64,000 bases of DNA, from assembly GCA_002269645.1 (NCBI GenBank), contig NIVC01000197.1, positions 186,001-250,000 on the forward strand, in the 5' to 3' direction. Under the pieces are notes generated by a model. The model ran no database searches and was not told the origin of the DNA. It was given only the letters and a program-made list of their open reading frames with translations. Positions within the stretch are counted from its first letter, which is position 1. Each line of letters opens with the position of its first letter. Both the position numbers and the translations under genes were made by a program. Below, in pieces: positions 34,595 to 46,514 of the stretch. This stretch comes from Macrostomum lignano. Lineage: Eukaryota.

Positions 34595-36610
34595 CCCTCC
34601 CGACTTCAGTGACTGACCAATCACCTCTCAGACTTCAGTGACTGATCGATCACCCTCTCAGACTTCAGTGACTGACCAATTACCCCCTCAGACTTCAGTG
34701 ACTGATCGATCACCCTCTCAGACTTCAGTGACTGACCAATTACCCACTCAGACTTCAGTGACTGACCAATTACCCACTCAGACTTCAGTGACTGATCGAT
34801 CACCCACTCAGACTTCAGTGACTGATCGATCACCCACTCAGACTTCAGTGACTGATCGATCACCCTCTCAGACTTCAGTGACTGATCGATCACCCTCTCA
34901 GACTTCAGTGACTGACCAATTACCCCCTCAGACTTCAGTAGTGACTGATCGATCACCCTCCCGACTTCAGTGACTGACCAATTACCCCCTCAGACTTCAG
35001 TGACTGACCAATTACCCCCTCAGACTTCAGTGACTGACCAATCACCCTCTCAGACTTCAGTGAGTGACCAATTACCCCCTCAGACTTCAGTGACTGACCA
35101 ATTACCCCCTCAGACTTCAGTGACTGACCAATCACCTCTCAGACTTCAGTGACTGACCAATTACCCCCCCCCCAGACTTCAGTGAGTGACCAATCACCTC
35201 TCAGACTTCAGTGAGTGACCAATCACCTCTCAGACTTCAGTGAGTGACCAATCACCTCTCAGACTTCAGTGAGTGACCAATCACCTCTCAGACTTCAGTG
35301 AGTGACCAATCACCTCTCAGACTTCAGTGAGTGACCAATCACCTCTCAGACTTCAGTGAGTGACCAATCACCTCTCAGACTTCAGTGAGTGACCAATCAC
35401 CTCTCAGACTTCAGTGAGTGACCAATCACCTCTCAGACTTTAGTGAGTGACCAATCACCTCTCAGACTTCAGTGAGTGACCAATCACCCCCTCAGACTTC
35501 AGTGAGTGACCAATCACCTCTCAGACTTCAGTGAGTGACCAATGACCCACTCAGACTTCAGTGAGTGACCAATGACCCACTCAGACTTCAGTGAGTGACC
35601 AATCACCCACCTTGACTTCAGTGAGTGACCAATCACCCACTCAGACTTCAGTGAGTGACCAGTCACCCACCTTGACTTCAGTGAGTGACCAATCACTTCT
35701 CAGACTTCAGTGAGTGACCAATCACTTCTCAGACTTCAGTGAGTGACCAATCACCTCTCAGACTTCAGTGAGTGACCAATCACCTCTCAGACTTCAGTGA
35801 GTGACCAATCACCTCTCAGACTTCAGTGAGTGACCAATCACCCCTCAGACTTCAGTGAGTGACCAATCACTTCTCAGACTTCAGTGAGTGACCAATCACT
35901 TCTCAGACTTCAGTGAGTGACCAATCACCTCTCAGACTTCAGTGAGTGACCAATCACCTCTCAGACTTCAGTGAGTGACCAATCACCTCTCAGACTTCAG
36001 TGAGTGACCAATCACCTCTCAGACTTCAGTGAGTGACCAATCACCTCTCAGACTTCAGTGAGTGACCAATCACCTCTCAGACTTCAGTGAGTGACCAATC
36101 ACCTCTCAGACTTCAGTGAGTGACCAATCACCTCTCAGACTTCAGTGAGTGACCAATCACCCCTCAGACTTCAGTGAGTGACCAATCACTTCTCAGACTT
36201 CAGTGAGTGACCAATCACCTCTCAGACTTCAGTGAGTGACCAATCACTTCTCAGACTTCAGTGAGTGACCAATCACCTCTCAGACTTCAGTGAGTGACCA
36301 ATCACCTCTCAGACTTCAGTGAGTGACCAATCACCTCTCAGACTTCAGTGAGTGACCAATCACCTCTCAGACTTCAGTGAGTGACCAATCACCCCTCAGA
36401 CTTCAGTGAGTGACCAATCACTTCTCAGACTTCAGTGAGTGACCAATCACCTCTCAGACTTCAGTGAGTGACCAATCACTTCTCAGACTTCAGTGAGTGA
36501 CCAATCACCACTCAGACTTCAGTGAGTGACCAATCACCACTCAGACTTCAGTGAGTGACCAATCACCCCTCAGACTTCAGTAAGTGACCAATCACCCTCC
36601 CGACTTCGGT
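34595..36610. repeat. 29/30-bp minisatellite (cagacttcagtgagtgaccaatcacctct), about 69 copies, KDM2 intron 1
   Basis: Direct reading; 30-bp gtgactgacc variant block followed by 29-bp block. Confidence 0.95.
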
Positions 36611-36721
36611 GAGACAGTACTTTCTTACATTAATATTCAAAGCAGTACAGAGCATTATTTAACCATAAACGAAAATATTCTAGGCTATTAGCGAACATGA
36701 AAAAATAAACAAATGACTCAC

Positions 36722-37465
36722 CATATCCCCAAAGAAAGTGGCATCCTGCCTACCGGACAGTGTCCACTGTTCAAACAGTTGAAAATTGCGTTCGGTAGGC
36801 GGCACCAACCAGAAGACTTTGCGGCCGCGCAGAATATGATACCAAACACTGGTGCCGCCCATATCGACGTGCCAATCTGTGTAACAATCGGCCACGCTCA
36901 TCAGTACATACTTGCGCACCTTCGGATAGAACATTGTGTCCATAGAATTGAGCGCGTCCATTTGTTTCTCGCGCAGATACGGCGGCCAAGCCCGATCGAT
37001 CCAGTCAATCTGGCGAACAACAGTTGGACTCTCCACATAATTATCCAGCTTAGTGTGCGAGAATTCCAAGCTGATTACGTTGAGAATGCGGTCCCTATTG
37101 GGGTCTGTGTAGTAGTCAGTCCACTGGCGCATGGTCATAACCAGCGCCTGCTGGGTGCGAACATCCATGACGTCCACAGGGCGCCTGGCGCCAACCATGA
37201 GCTTGACATCGGCTACATTAAACGACTCTGAGGGGACCCGCAGGCCGAGGCCGGTTTTATTTTTAAACAATAACGGATTGCGGAAGCCGTCCCGCTGTAG
37301 CTCGGCGAGGCCGAAGCCTTCGCCAGTGTCGCGGACGTCCACAAAAGTGGCCGAATAGTTGGTGGAGTTGAGCTTCTCCTCCAGGTCCCACTCGCGCTGC
37401 CCGTCAATCAGTGGGTCGTAGTCCTCCTCGTCTGGGGTCTTGCGTTTTAGTCCTGGACGCACCAT
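36722..37465 (-). CDS. KDM2: KDM2 exon 1 (JmjC N-terminal part)
   Basis: ILNVISLEFS, YPKVRKYVLMSV, TDWHVDMGGTSVWYH, KVFWLVPPT; donor gtgagt; three exons give 751 aa. Confidence 0.93.
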
Positions 37466-37937
37466 GCTGGTTGCTGCTTTTTAGGCTATAGACACTAGCT
37501 AGCAGTGCTGGAGATTGGCCAGTGCGATTGGATGTTTAATCTGATGCCAGTATGAGCAAGCCTTTATTAAGAGATGGGGTGGATTCTAGGGTCAAGACCC
37601 AAAGTAGAGGCAGAAGGACCTGTTTTTTCGTTCCACAGATACTAAATGTTATTTTGAATTTCTAAAGTTTAATTACAATTACAGTATACTTTATATCAAA
37701 CAGATAAATAAATACTAATTTTTAACTTTTTAGCCATCTTTTAAATACCATAGACGGTTGCTTTACTGCACCAGTGTGCGCTTGTGCAAATGTTTTAAGA
37801 CATATAAAGGTAAACAGCAAGAGTAACTATGGCTGTATTTAGCTACCTAAATGCCTCGTCATGTAAGTACCTTTTTATCGTTTTTGCTTTATAGAATTTT
37901 TGCTATGTTGTATTGTGCTTGTCTGCTTTAGCTAGCC

Positions 37938-38129
37938 TAGAGGCAGATTTAGAAATATAATAAAATGAGGATAGGGAATGCCATGTTATTCACAAGAGGG
38001 GCGCCATAATATATACTAGAGGGGAGCCATACTGAACAAACTGAGGGCAATAAGGACCTTTTTGGCCCAAAAGAAAAGGGGCACCATCATTGGTAGACAT
38101 AAGACTATCTACCTTAAAATCTGCCCCTA
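37938..38129. mobile_element. 192-bp hAT-type MITE
   Basis: TIR tagaggcagattt / aaatctgccccta (12/13); perfect 8-bp TSD agctagcc at 37930-37937 and 38130-38137. Confidence 0.85.
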
Positions 38130-40921
38130 AGCTAGCCTACTACTAATTTGTTAAGATGCACTTCTAATTTTCAATTAATACAAGAAATTGTCTTAGAAAA
38201 GCTTTATTAACTTCTTTGGCGCCCAAATAGGTTCTTGTTTCTTTGAAAACTAGAACATTGGCAGAAATGCTCTTAGAACAATGGTAAATGAGAAAATCGA
38301 AATATATTTTAATATAACTTACTTAAAAAAATTAAATATCAAATAAAAAAACATGATACCCAAGGAAAAAGCTAAAATTTTAGGATGCCATTTAATGTAA
38401 GATTAGGATAGAGGGCCCAGGGGGTATACTATACATTTGATCTAGAACATGAAGAATGATGACACAAATCAAGACAATGCCACAAGTTTTAAATACTCTA
38501 AGGTATTTAACTTAGGGCCTAGTATTCGATTTAAATTTGTATTGACTGTTATAAAAGGTTATGCTACAAAATCGATCCTAATAGAAATATATAGAACTTA
38601 TAGTCCAGGTATAGACTGTGTTGATCGATGCTGATAGTGATAAGCTTAACAATAAGCGATTTTATAAATTGAAAATATGATCATTGATTGGGTGTAAACC
38701 CTTGGCCTAAAATAACAACTACACGGGCGAAAATAGTCTAGGCCTACTACTACTAGTCAAAGACAAGAACAACAACTTTATCAAATTAGGCATTGGGTCC
38801 TAAGCCTAGTCTATTAAGGGCTAGAAATAAAAATAGGACATGTTATAAACTTGAAACCTTAGTTTAATCGCCTAATATTCTATTAGGCCTGGTAGAATAA
38901 TATATTAGATATTTAACCACAATAATTTAGGTCGAGTTATGATCATAGGCCTAGGCCTAACTAAACTTATAGATAATAACTAACACTTTGATTCTTGTGA
39001 AAAGACAAAGCAAATTTAATTCGAACTTTATACTAGAAGTAGAAATAAACCATTAAGAGAAGTTTCAGTATCATGATTTTTTTCAAATCGATTGGACTCT
39101 TATAGAGGTTGTATATTTTAAATTTTATCAAACATCTTAATTCCAGCCATAGTTAATTAATTACAAAGTCCGAAAATACAGCAAATCACGAACTATTCTA
39201 CTGGAAGTAGCCTTATACAGATTAAATAAGACAAGTGCATAAGCAAAATTGAAATTCTGCTACTATTGCAGTACAGTTTCTGTAAAGTTCCAGAATTTTA
39301 AAATAAAATTATAAGTATCTTGATTGAAACTTTAAAAAATAAATTTAACCCACAGTTAACTTTATAGCTTAATTACTTAAATCGTTTGCTGTGCTACTGC
39401 CTACTATTCCAGGCATTTTTAATACATGTAAGTAAATGAAATAGTTTGTATTGAGTTTAAAATATTTGATTTTCGCTTTCCATTGAAACCCAGGCGAAAC
39501 ATCAAATAACAAATCAAAGACATCAATATTATATCATCCCATTTGGTAAACTAAAGCCTTGTAATTTACGTTACAATTTATTATACGAAGCGGGCGGATT
39601 GATTATTTACATTTTTGCTTCAAGATCCAAATTGAACCTGAAGATTGTATTTTCCTTTTTGAGCAAAAGCAATATAACAATATCTATATTTTCTGTATAG
39701 CATCGATAATTCACACATTGTCTGTTTAAAAAAATCCGAAGTATTAAAATAAAATTAGTTCTTGTTTTTGTGCAAAGAACATTCTTTCTTGTTGTTTTTT
39801 TAATATAAATTGAATGTGCACTGGGGGGCGAACTATGGGCAATATAATTCATGCCCGCCGTTGAACGTCGACGAAGATATGAAGAACAACCAAAATTAAG
39901 TAACGTCGGGCTTAGCACCACCTTCTGGCCAAGGCCTATGCGATATGGCTCCTCGCAGAATATTAAGACTGTATGATGGGTATATGTATACTACGTGTAC
40001 ACATTTATATGATCGGGTGCAGATTACGATCGCGTGCATGTATTTCGCATGCACAACCGCTGTAACATCTAGGTACAGTACAGTTCATCTTATATTATTT
40101 ACTGACGCAGATGTGCAGCATGTAGCTGCGTTATTTCACTGAGCTGCCAATCGAAAATTATGTCAATTTGATTTTTCGACAGTTCAAACTTAAATTACAT
40201 TTACGTGCATCTTCACATGCACGTGTGGCATGTGCATGTACAAATGGTACTTTTCACTCAAATTTAAATGTTTATGGACAGTATAACTACATGTTTAAAT
40301 CCCTGAATTGAAGCTGTACAATAATTTACATGCATGCATGCATGCATGAGCATGACTGTCCCATAAATGCATATGCATTTTATAAAGCTACACTCAACAA
40401 CAGTCAAAAGTTCCACCTGCCAAGCAAATATATTTTTATTCACCATTTACTGTGTATTTTAAATGAGAATTTTTATCTCTACCTACACGTGATTTGTACA
40501 GGTGGAAATTTTGACTGTTGCTGAGTATATGTATCAACCAAGCTTTTAAACACTTATACATTTACTAAAAGGTTTGAGAAAGTGTAATATTAATGCTCGT
40601 ATGCTGTAGTTACTGTCAGAGAGCTAGCACTATAATTGCACCAGCTAGCCGTTTACGCCACAAGCCACATGTACACTGTGTGACATATATACACATTTTA
40701 CATCTTGTATCTGCGAGCAAGCTACAAGTATAAAGTATAAAGTATCGAGTATAAAGCTAGATTTTTATTTTAAACATTATTGGTAGAAAAAACTGAGTCT
40801 GCATGAATGCACTTTATTTTCTTGCATGAAAGTATTGAGTCCGAGTCATACAACACAACTTCTTAACTTTAGGGTCTCAAAATAGTGGGTGATTTTTCCG
40901 GGTTTTTCCGGGTCTATCTTT

Positions 40922-43110
40922 GAGTCCGCTTCGGGATAAATCGTGCGCCGGCTGCTTTTTATAAGGTGCTATCGAAAGTGCTGGAGAAGATCAAGGGCGT
41001 CGTGCACTATATCGACGACATCGTGGTCAACTCAGCGACCAGAAGTGAGCACGATAAGGCTGTCCAGGCAGTCCTGGAGCGTCTCAAGAAGCGCAAATCA
41101 CGCTGAACCTAGAGAGCTCTGAGTCAGTGGGCCAGCGACGGCGTGGAGTTCCTTGGCTGTGTTCTCAGCAGTGAGGGCCTCCGGCCGATCACATCCAACG
41201 TGGACGCCATCACAAACATCAAAAGTCCAAAGTGTCAGAAGGAAGTCCGGCCGTCTCGTTTCTTGGCATGGTGAAGTTTTATGACCACTTATTTGACAAC
41301 CTGTCGACAGTGGCTCCGTTGCTGCAGCTACTGCGGAAGGACGCGACATGGCAATGGACGGCGAAGCAGCAACAGGCATTTGAGTCTCTGAAGTCGATGA
41401 TCGTGTCGCCACCATGCCTGAAGTTTTTCAACACCGAGCACGGCACGATCGTCGCCTGTGACAGCTCAGCTACAGCAATTGGCGCAGTCCTCGCCTAAGA
41501 AGACGAGCATGGCGCAACTGCCGCCCTGGCCTTCGCGTCAAGAACGCTGAACGCGGCAGAACGCACGTACTCGGCCTCCGAGCGCGAAGCTCTGGCGTGC
41601 ATCTTCGCGTGCGAACGATGGAATTTCTTCCAATTCGGCCGAAATTCGAGTTGCAGACGGACCACCGGGCGTTGACTACTCTGCTGAGCACCCTCGGCAC
41701 CGGCCACAGGCCACTACGACTCCATCGCTGGGCAGACAGGCTGATGGCCTACGACTTCAGCATCAAGTACATCGCTGGGAAAAGCAACACCGTCCCAGAC
41801 TTTCTGTCCCGATGCCAGCCCGATGAAGCTGAAGTCGACGACAACAGCCTCTGTGGCGATCAGGCTGTCAATGCGATCCTCCTGTCTGGAGTACTCAACC
41901 TGGTGTCCGTGGAGCAGCTAGCAGCCGCAACCCGCGAAGACACCGTTCTGCAACAGGTGATCCAGATGGCCAGAATCAAGCAAGCAACTGGAAGCGGAGC
42001 TGCTACCTTTCTGGAAGGTCCGCGGTGAGCTGTCAACGTGGAACAACGGCAGCTGCCTGGCCAAAGGCGCCAGGGCAGTCATTCCACTGGCGCTGCAAGA
42101 GACAGTGCTGAACCTGGCTCACTTCGGTCACCTTGGCATCAGCCGGACAAAGCAGCACTACCGAGAAGCTGTTTGGTGGCCGAACTTTGATCGAGGCGTC
42201 GAAGACTTCATCAAGAATTGCAAGCCATGTGCCGTGAGTGAAAAAAACATTTAAGCCTCCAAGGGTGCTGCTCACACCGACGAGATGGCCATCTCAGCCG
42301 TGGAGTGAGGTGCAAATTGACATCTTCGGAGAGCTGACGGCTCCGGCGCTGCAGACCTGTCGGTTTGTCCTGGCAGTTCACGATTTGCACTCCAAGTGAC
42401 CAGAGTTCGCCTGCCTGCCATCTGTGACGGCATCGCAAGTCATCAGCGTCCTAAAGTCACTCTTCGCCAGATGGGGACTCCCGAAGCTCATCAATACATA
42501 GGGACGGTAGACCGCAGTTCACGTCCACCGAGTTCGAGGAATTCTTCAAAGGCCACGGCATCGAGCACCGCAGGTCGCCAGACAATTATCCTCAGGGGAA
42601 TTCCGGCGTTGGGCGTCTGAACAGGTTCCTCAAGGAGGGGCTGAAGAGCCAACTGGCTGACGGCTAAGAGTTCAAGGACGCCATCTGGATGCTGCTGTAG
42701 TCCTACAGGGCGACTCCGCACGCGCTTGCTGGCGTCTCTCCAGCCGAGCTGAAATATGACGACCCCGCTCTCGAAGCTGAAGCCGAGCCAACCGAGAGTT
42801 CATCCAGCGGCCGCAGGCATCCGAGATCGACAGAGGCTGAACCTGGAGACTCGAAATCAAGGCCGGGTGCCGCCGCCGCAGTTCGCACCTGGTGAGAAAG
42901 TGCGCGTTCGACGGCCGCAGGCTCGCGGCAAGCTGGCCAGTCGGGTGTCCGAGCCAAGGACGGTCGCTGCGATGTGCAGCCCCACAATCTTCAAACTCGA
43001 CGACGGCTCCCGCTGGCATGTTACAGCACTGATGCGGGCGCCAGGCGTCGGCGAAGGAGTCGCGAAGGCGTCGGCGAAGGAAAGAGCAGGACGATGCACG
43101 GGTAACTGAC
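40922..43110 (+). mobile_element. Degenerate Ty3/Gypsy pol (RT-RNase H-integrase), 5'-truncated
   Basis: HYIDDIVV, ACDSSATAIGAVL, YSASEREAL, TDHRAL, HLGISRTK..WWP..CKPC, QIDIFG in Gypsy order, with stops and frameshifts. Confidence 0.9.
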
Positions 43111-43114
43111 GGCC

Positions 43115-43630
43115 AGTTTGCGGCAGCGAAGATTTGCGGCGTCGCCGCGGGCTCGCTTGGGCTGCCTTTCGCTCTGTGAGGGCGGTCCTGCAGTCCGAGG
43201 CCCTACCTGACCGCCAGAGGGCGGCGCTGTTCCAGGCGGTGGTCTAGACCGTTCTGTTGTACAACGCCGAGACTTGGACGCTGACGGATTCGCTCGAACA
43301 GCAAGTCAACGCGGCGCACGCTGGCCTGCTGCGCGCCGCCTTTATGATCAGGGACGAGCGGATCACTAATGCGGCACTCTATCGCCGCGCCGGCCTGGCC
43401 CGTCCAAGTGAACTGCTGCGACTTCGGCGACTCCAGCTGGCAGGCCACATCATCCGCGCCGAGTCCTACTGCCCGCAGCCGGTGCAGGAGGTGCTGCTGC
43501 TAACGCTGCAGGCACCCTACCGGCGCGGCTAGGCCCGAACTCGGCGTTACGTTGACTGCCTGCTGGCCGATGCTGGCGCCCCGGACTCTGCCGGGGTGCG
43601 GCCTTTGTTCGCACCCAGGCTCTGAAACGT
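43115..43630 (+). mobile_element. RTE-clade non-LTR retrotransposon 3' fragment
   Basis: RRGLAWAAF..LFQAVV*TVLLYNAETWTLT..RRLQLAGHIIR. Confidence 0.8.
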
Positions 43631-44239
43631 GCCCTGTGACGCTGCTTTTTTCCACCTGACAGCGTACTTTGTTGTTGTTGTTGTTGTTTTGATCCCGAAT
43701 GGGGGACAAGGGTTGTTTCTTTGGAGACACAGTCAAAGAACCTGCCTCTCTTCCGAGTCTTCATTTTGTCCCCTGCACAGATAGAACAGCTCTCTCAAAC
43801 CTCAATCCCATCTGACATTGTCCATCACTGTACGTTGTATTTTTAAGAAGTCATGAATTCATTTTTTATAATGGATCACTCCTACTAGCAAAATAGTATC
43901 ATAGCCTCCACGTAAATGTCAACTACTAGCTGAGAAGAGCAAGTGCAATTGCAAAGGATAAATTTGTACTTTCTAGCTTAACCACTTACCTACGACAGAA
44001 TACCTTCCCCACATCCCTACGCTCGTATCTTACCAGATCGGCAAGACAATTTTGATTCTGCGCTGTATACTTTGAATTCCAAAACAGTTGCTACATTATG
44101 CACAAACAAGAAAACCCTTTCTCAACAGGAGAAGTGACACCTTTGATTGGAGAATTGTCTATGGCCAAGCTAGAAAAAGTCAAGAGAGAGAAAATACAGG
44201 CTGAAAAGTTAACTGAAAGAATTTTTTCACGTGCCTCCT

Positions 44240-44688
44240 CAGCTGAACATATGGGAGGTGTGGATCGGATGGATGCCGCAGCCCAGCCTTACAGCGCATG
44301 TCGCCGAACACACAAATGGTTCGTAAAGCTGGTGGTATTTCTGCTACAGCAACTGGTTCGCAACATCTAGGAAAGAAAGCATCTAGGTGGATCGATGAGC
44401 TTTCTCAACTACACTGAAAGGTGTGTAAAGCACTTGATTGAAAGCAGCGGAAATGGTCGATCCAGAGTTAAGCGTCGGGCTCTTCCCCGTCAGTCAGGCG
44501 ACATCCATCATCACCGGCTGGAAAAGCTACCTGCTACCGCAGTACAAGAACGGCATACCAAGCGTAGCCGAGTTTTTTACCAGCGCAGGCTGAAAAAGCG
44601 GACCCTTCTGTACCTCTGCCAAAGCTGTGACGGTCAGCCTGAGCTTTGCCTGAAGCCGTGCTTCTTTGAATGGCGCTCGGCTAACTGA
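44240..44688 (+). pseudogene. piggyBac transposase C-terminal fragment
   Basis: MGGVDRMD, RRTHKWFVKL, Cys-rich end CQSCDGQPELCLKPCF; one in-frame stop; no TTAA ends found. Confidence 0.8.
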
Positions 44689-45315
44689 TTGTTGAAACCT
44701 ACTTTTCATTCACTTACACGCAACTTCATCTGCCCGTATGTTCTTAATATTTACTCTTGTTAGTGCCCACTGCCCACCCCAGAAGACGAACGCAGCAAGC
44801 TCAAGAGCAGCAAATGGCGCAGGAACAGCGAGGAGGTCAGGGAAGGCTGCCATGCACTCCCCCCCCCGTATATTTCAGACCGATTACGAGAAAATATTCA
44901 AGCAATATTGACAACAGTTAGAACGGATCAAAGCAGGATTAAAAGAGTGACAGGATACGAAAAAAATTTTTTTTCAATTGCAATGCGACAGCGAGGCCAA
45001 AGAGCCAACCGCGGGGATAAAAAAAACCCCGCCACGCAACCCCCCCCCCAACACCGGGGGTGGGGGGAAGCCGCGGGGGAGGGGCAGGGGTGGGCAGCGT
45101 ACACAAACGCCAGTTAGCGCAGCCCGCGCAAACTAGCCATACCCATGGATGAATGAATAGAATGGATTGCTATTCTGGCTCTGGCTATTTTCGTTTTTGA
45201 CTCTTTTGCATCCGGTTCCCCCCCGTGCCTTTTCATTGGTTGATGATTGCCATAGACAATTTTCGGCCTTCGCCCCTTTCTTTCGATGCACAAGCGCAAA
45301 GAACTGAGAATGTCA

Positions 45316-45361
45316 GTTACTTGCAGAGAATATCGAGCGCTCGATATTCTCTGGTTACTTG
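45316..45361. other. Probable transposon excision footprint: 30-bp perfect palindrome between 8-bp direct repeats
   Basis: gttacttg-cagagaatatcgagcgctcgatattctctg-gttacttg. Confidence 0.8.
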
Positions 45362-45799
45362 TTTGTCAATTGAAGTTGTTAATTGAAGCAGAGGAATGAT
45401 AACAAATCCCCTGCAAATTACAACAGTAATGATTTCAGATTTTCATGTCGAGGGTGATGATGAGGGTGCGATGACAATGCTACAATAATGGATTACTGGC
45501 GATGCTTTATCTGAATTTTACTATTGGAGTTATGAAATTGGTTTTAAAGTTCTATTTCAACACAAGTAACTTCTATTTCGCCCATCATCATCATCGAGGG
45601 AGTACCTTTGTGTGTGCATCACGCATCAAAACTTGTGGTACACGATTCTATTAACGTACATGACAACACAGACTGTTAGAATGGTGAAATTGAGTGAAAT
45701 TGGAACAGGAAAACAACACACATATACGATACCAGTAACGATGAGAACAGACTGTTAGAATGATTAAATCATATGAAATTAGAGTCGGAACACTACAGC

Positions 45800-46035
45800 C
45801 CAATGTTAGGAGCACAGGACAATCTTTAGCTGTTACTGGCCGAGAAAGAGAATACTGAGCTCTTTGTCAAGACAAACTGCGGTGCCATCTTCACATTGCT
45901 CATCCATTCGGTCAGTTGAAGTGGAGATTTGACAGGAAAAGAAAAGAAGCTGATATTCACTCCAGTGTCGTCCCGCATCCCTGACTTGGATAGACATCCT
46001 AGTGCAGCACAGTAGCGCTTTGAGCCATTAGGCAT
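45800..46035 (-). pseudogene. THAP zinc-finger relic
   Basis: YCAALGC..SFFSFP..EW; expected CSxHF appears as FS-F; stop follows. Confidence 0.75.
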
Positions 46036-46514
46036 GGTAGTGATAAAAGTAAAATAAGCAGTGAGTAAACAACAACAACAAGCGCAAAGAACTGATTTTA
46101 TTGTAGACGAATCGACTCTCGAATCGTGCTTGTAGGTCTTCCCCCTTTATTTCAAAACACGAGCGAAAGCGCTTGTGCATCGAAAGAAAGGGGCGAAGGC
46201 CGAAAATTGTCTATGGCAATCATCAACCAATGAAAAGGCACGGGGGAACCGGATGCAAAAGAGTCAAAAACGAAAATAGCCAGAGCCAGAATAGCAATCC
46301 ATTCTATTCATTCATCCATGGCCATACCTGCAATGTATGCCATTTCCTATTGACACATGGCCAAGCATTCTTAAATTGCTGACACTATTCATTGTCTATG
46401 GCCAAAAAGCAATCCTTCACCAATAACGCGACTGTGCTGTAAATTCCAAGCCGTGCTGTAAATTCCAAGCCGTGCTGTAAATTCCCGCACGTATTCAACT
46501 TATTAAATTTATTT

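Larger units (their letters stand above)
45144..46320 (-). mobile_element. Non-autonomous P-superfamily DNA transposon with about 154-bp TIRs
   Basis: Ends CATGGATGAA..TTCATCCATG; TIRs 45144-45297 and 46169-46320 identical except poly-C length; perfect TSD gccatacc at 45136-45143 and 46321-46328; THAP relic inside. Confidence 0.9.

Noticed and set aside
43665-43790. (TTG)n tract as the tail of a minus-strand retroposon
   Set aside because: No head, TSD or second copy found in the window.
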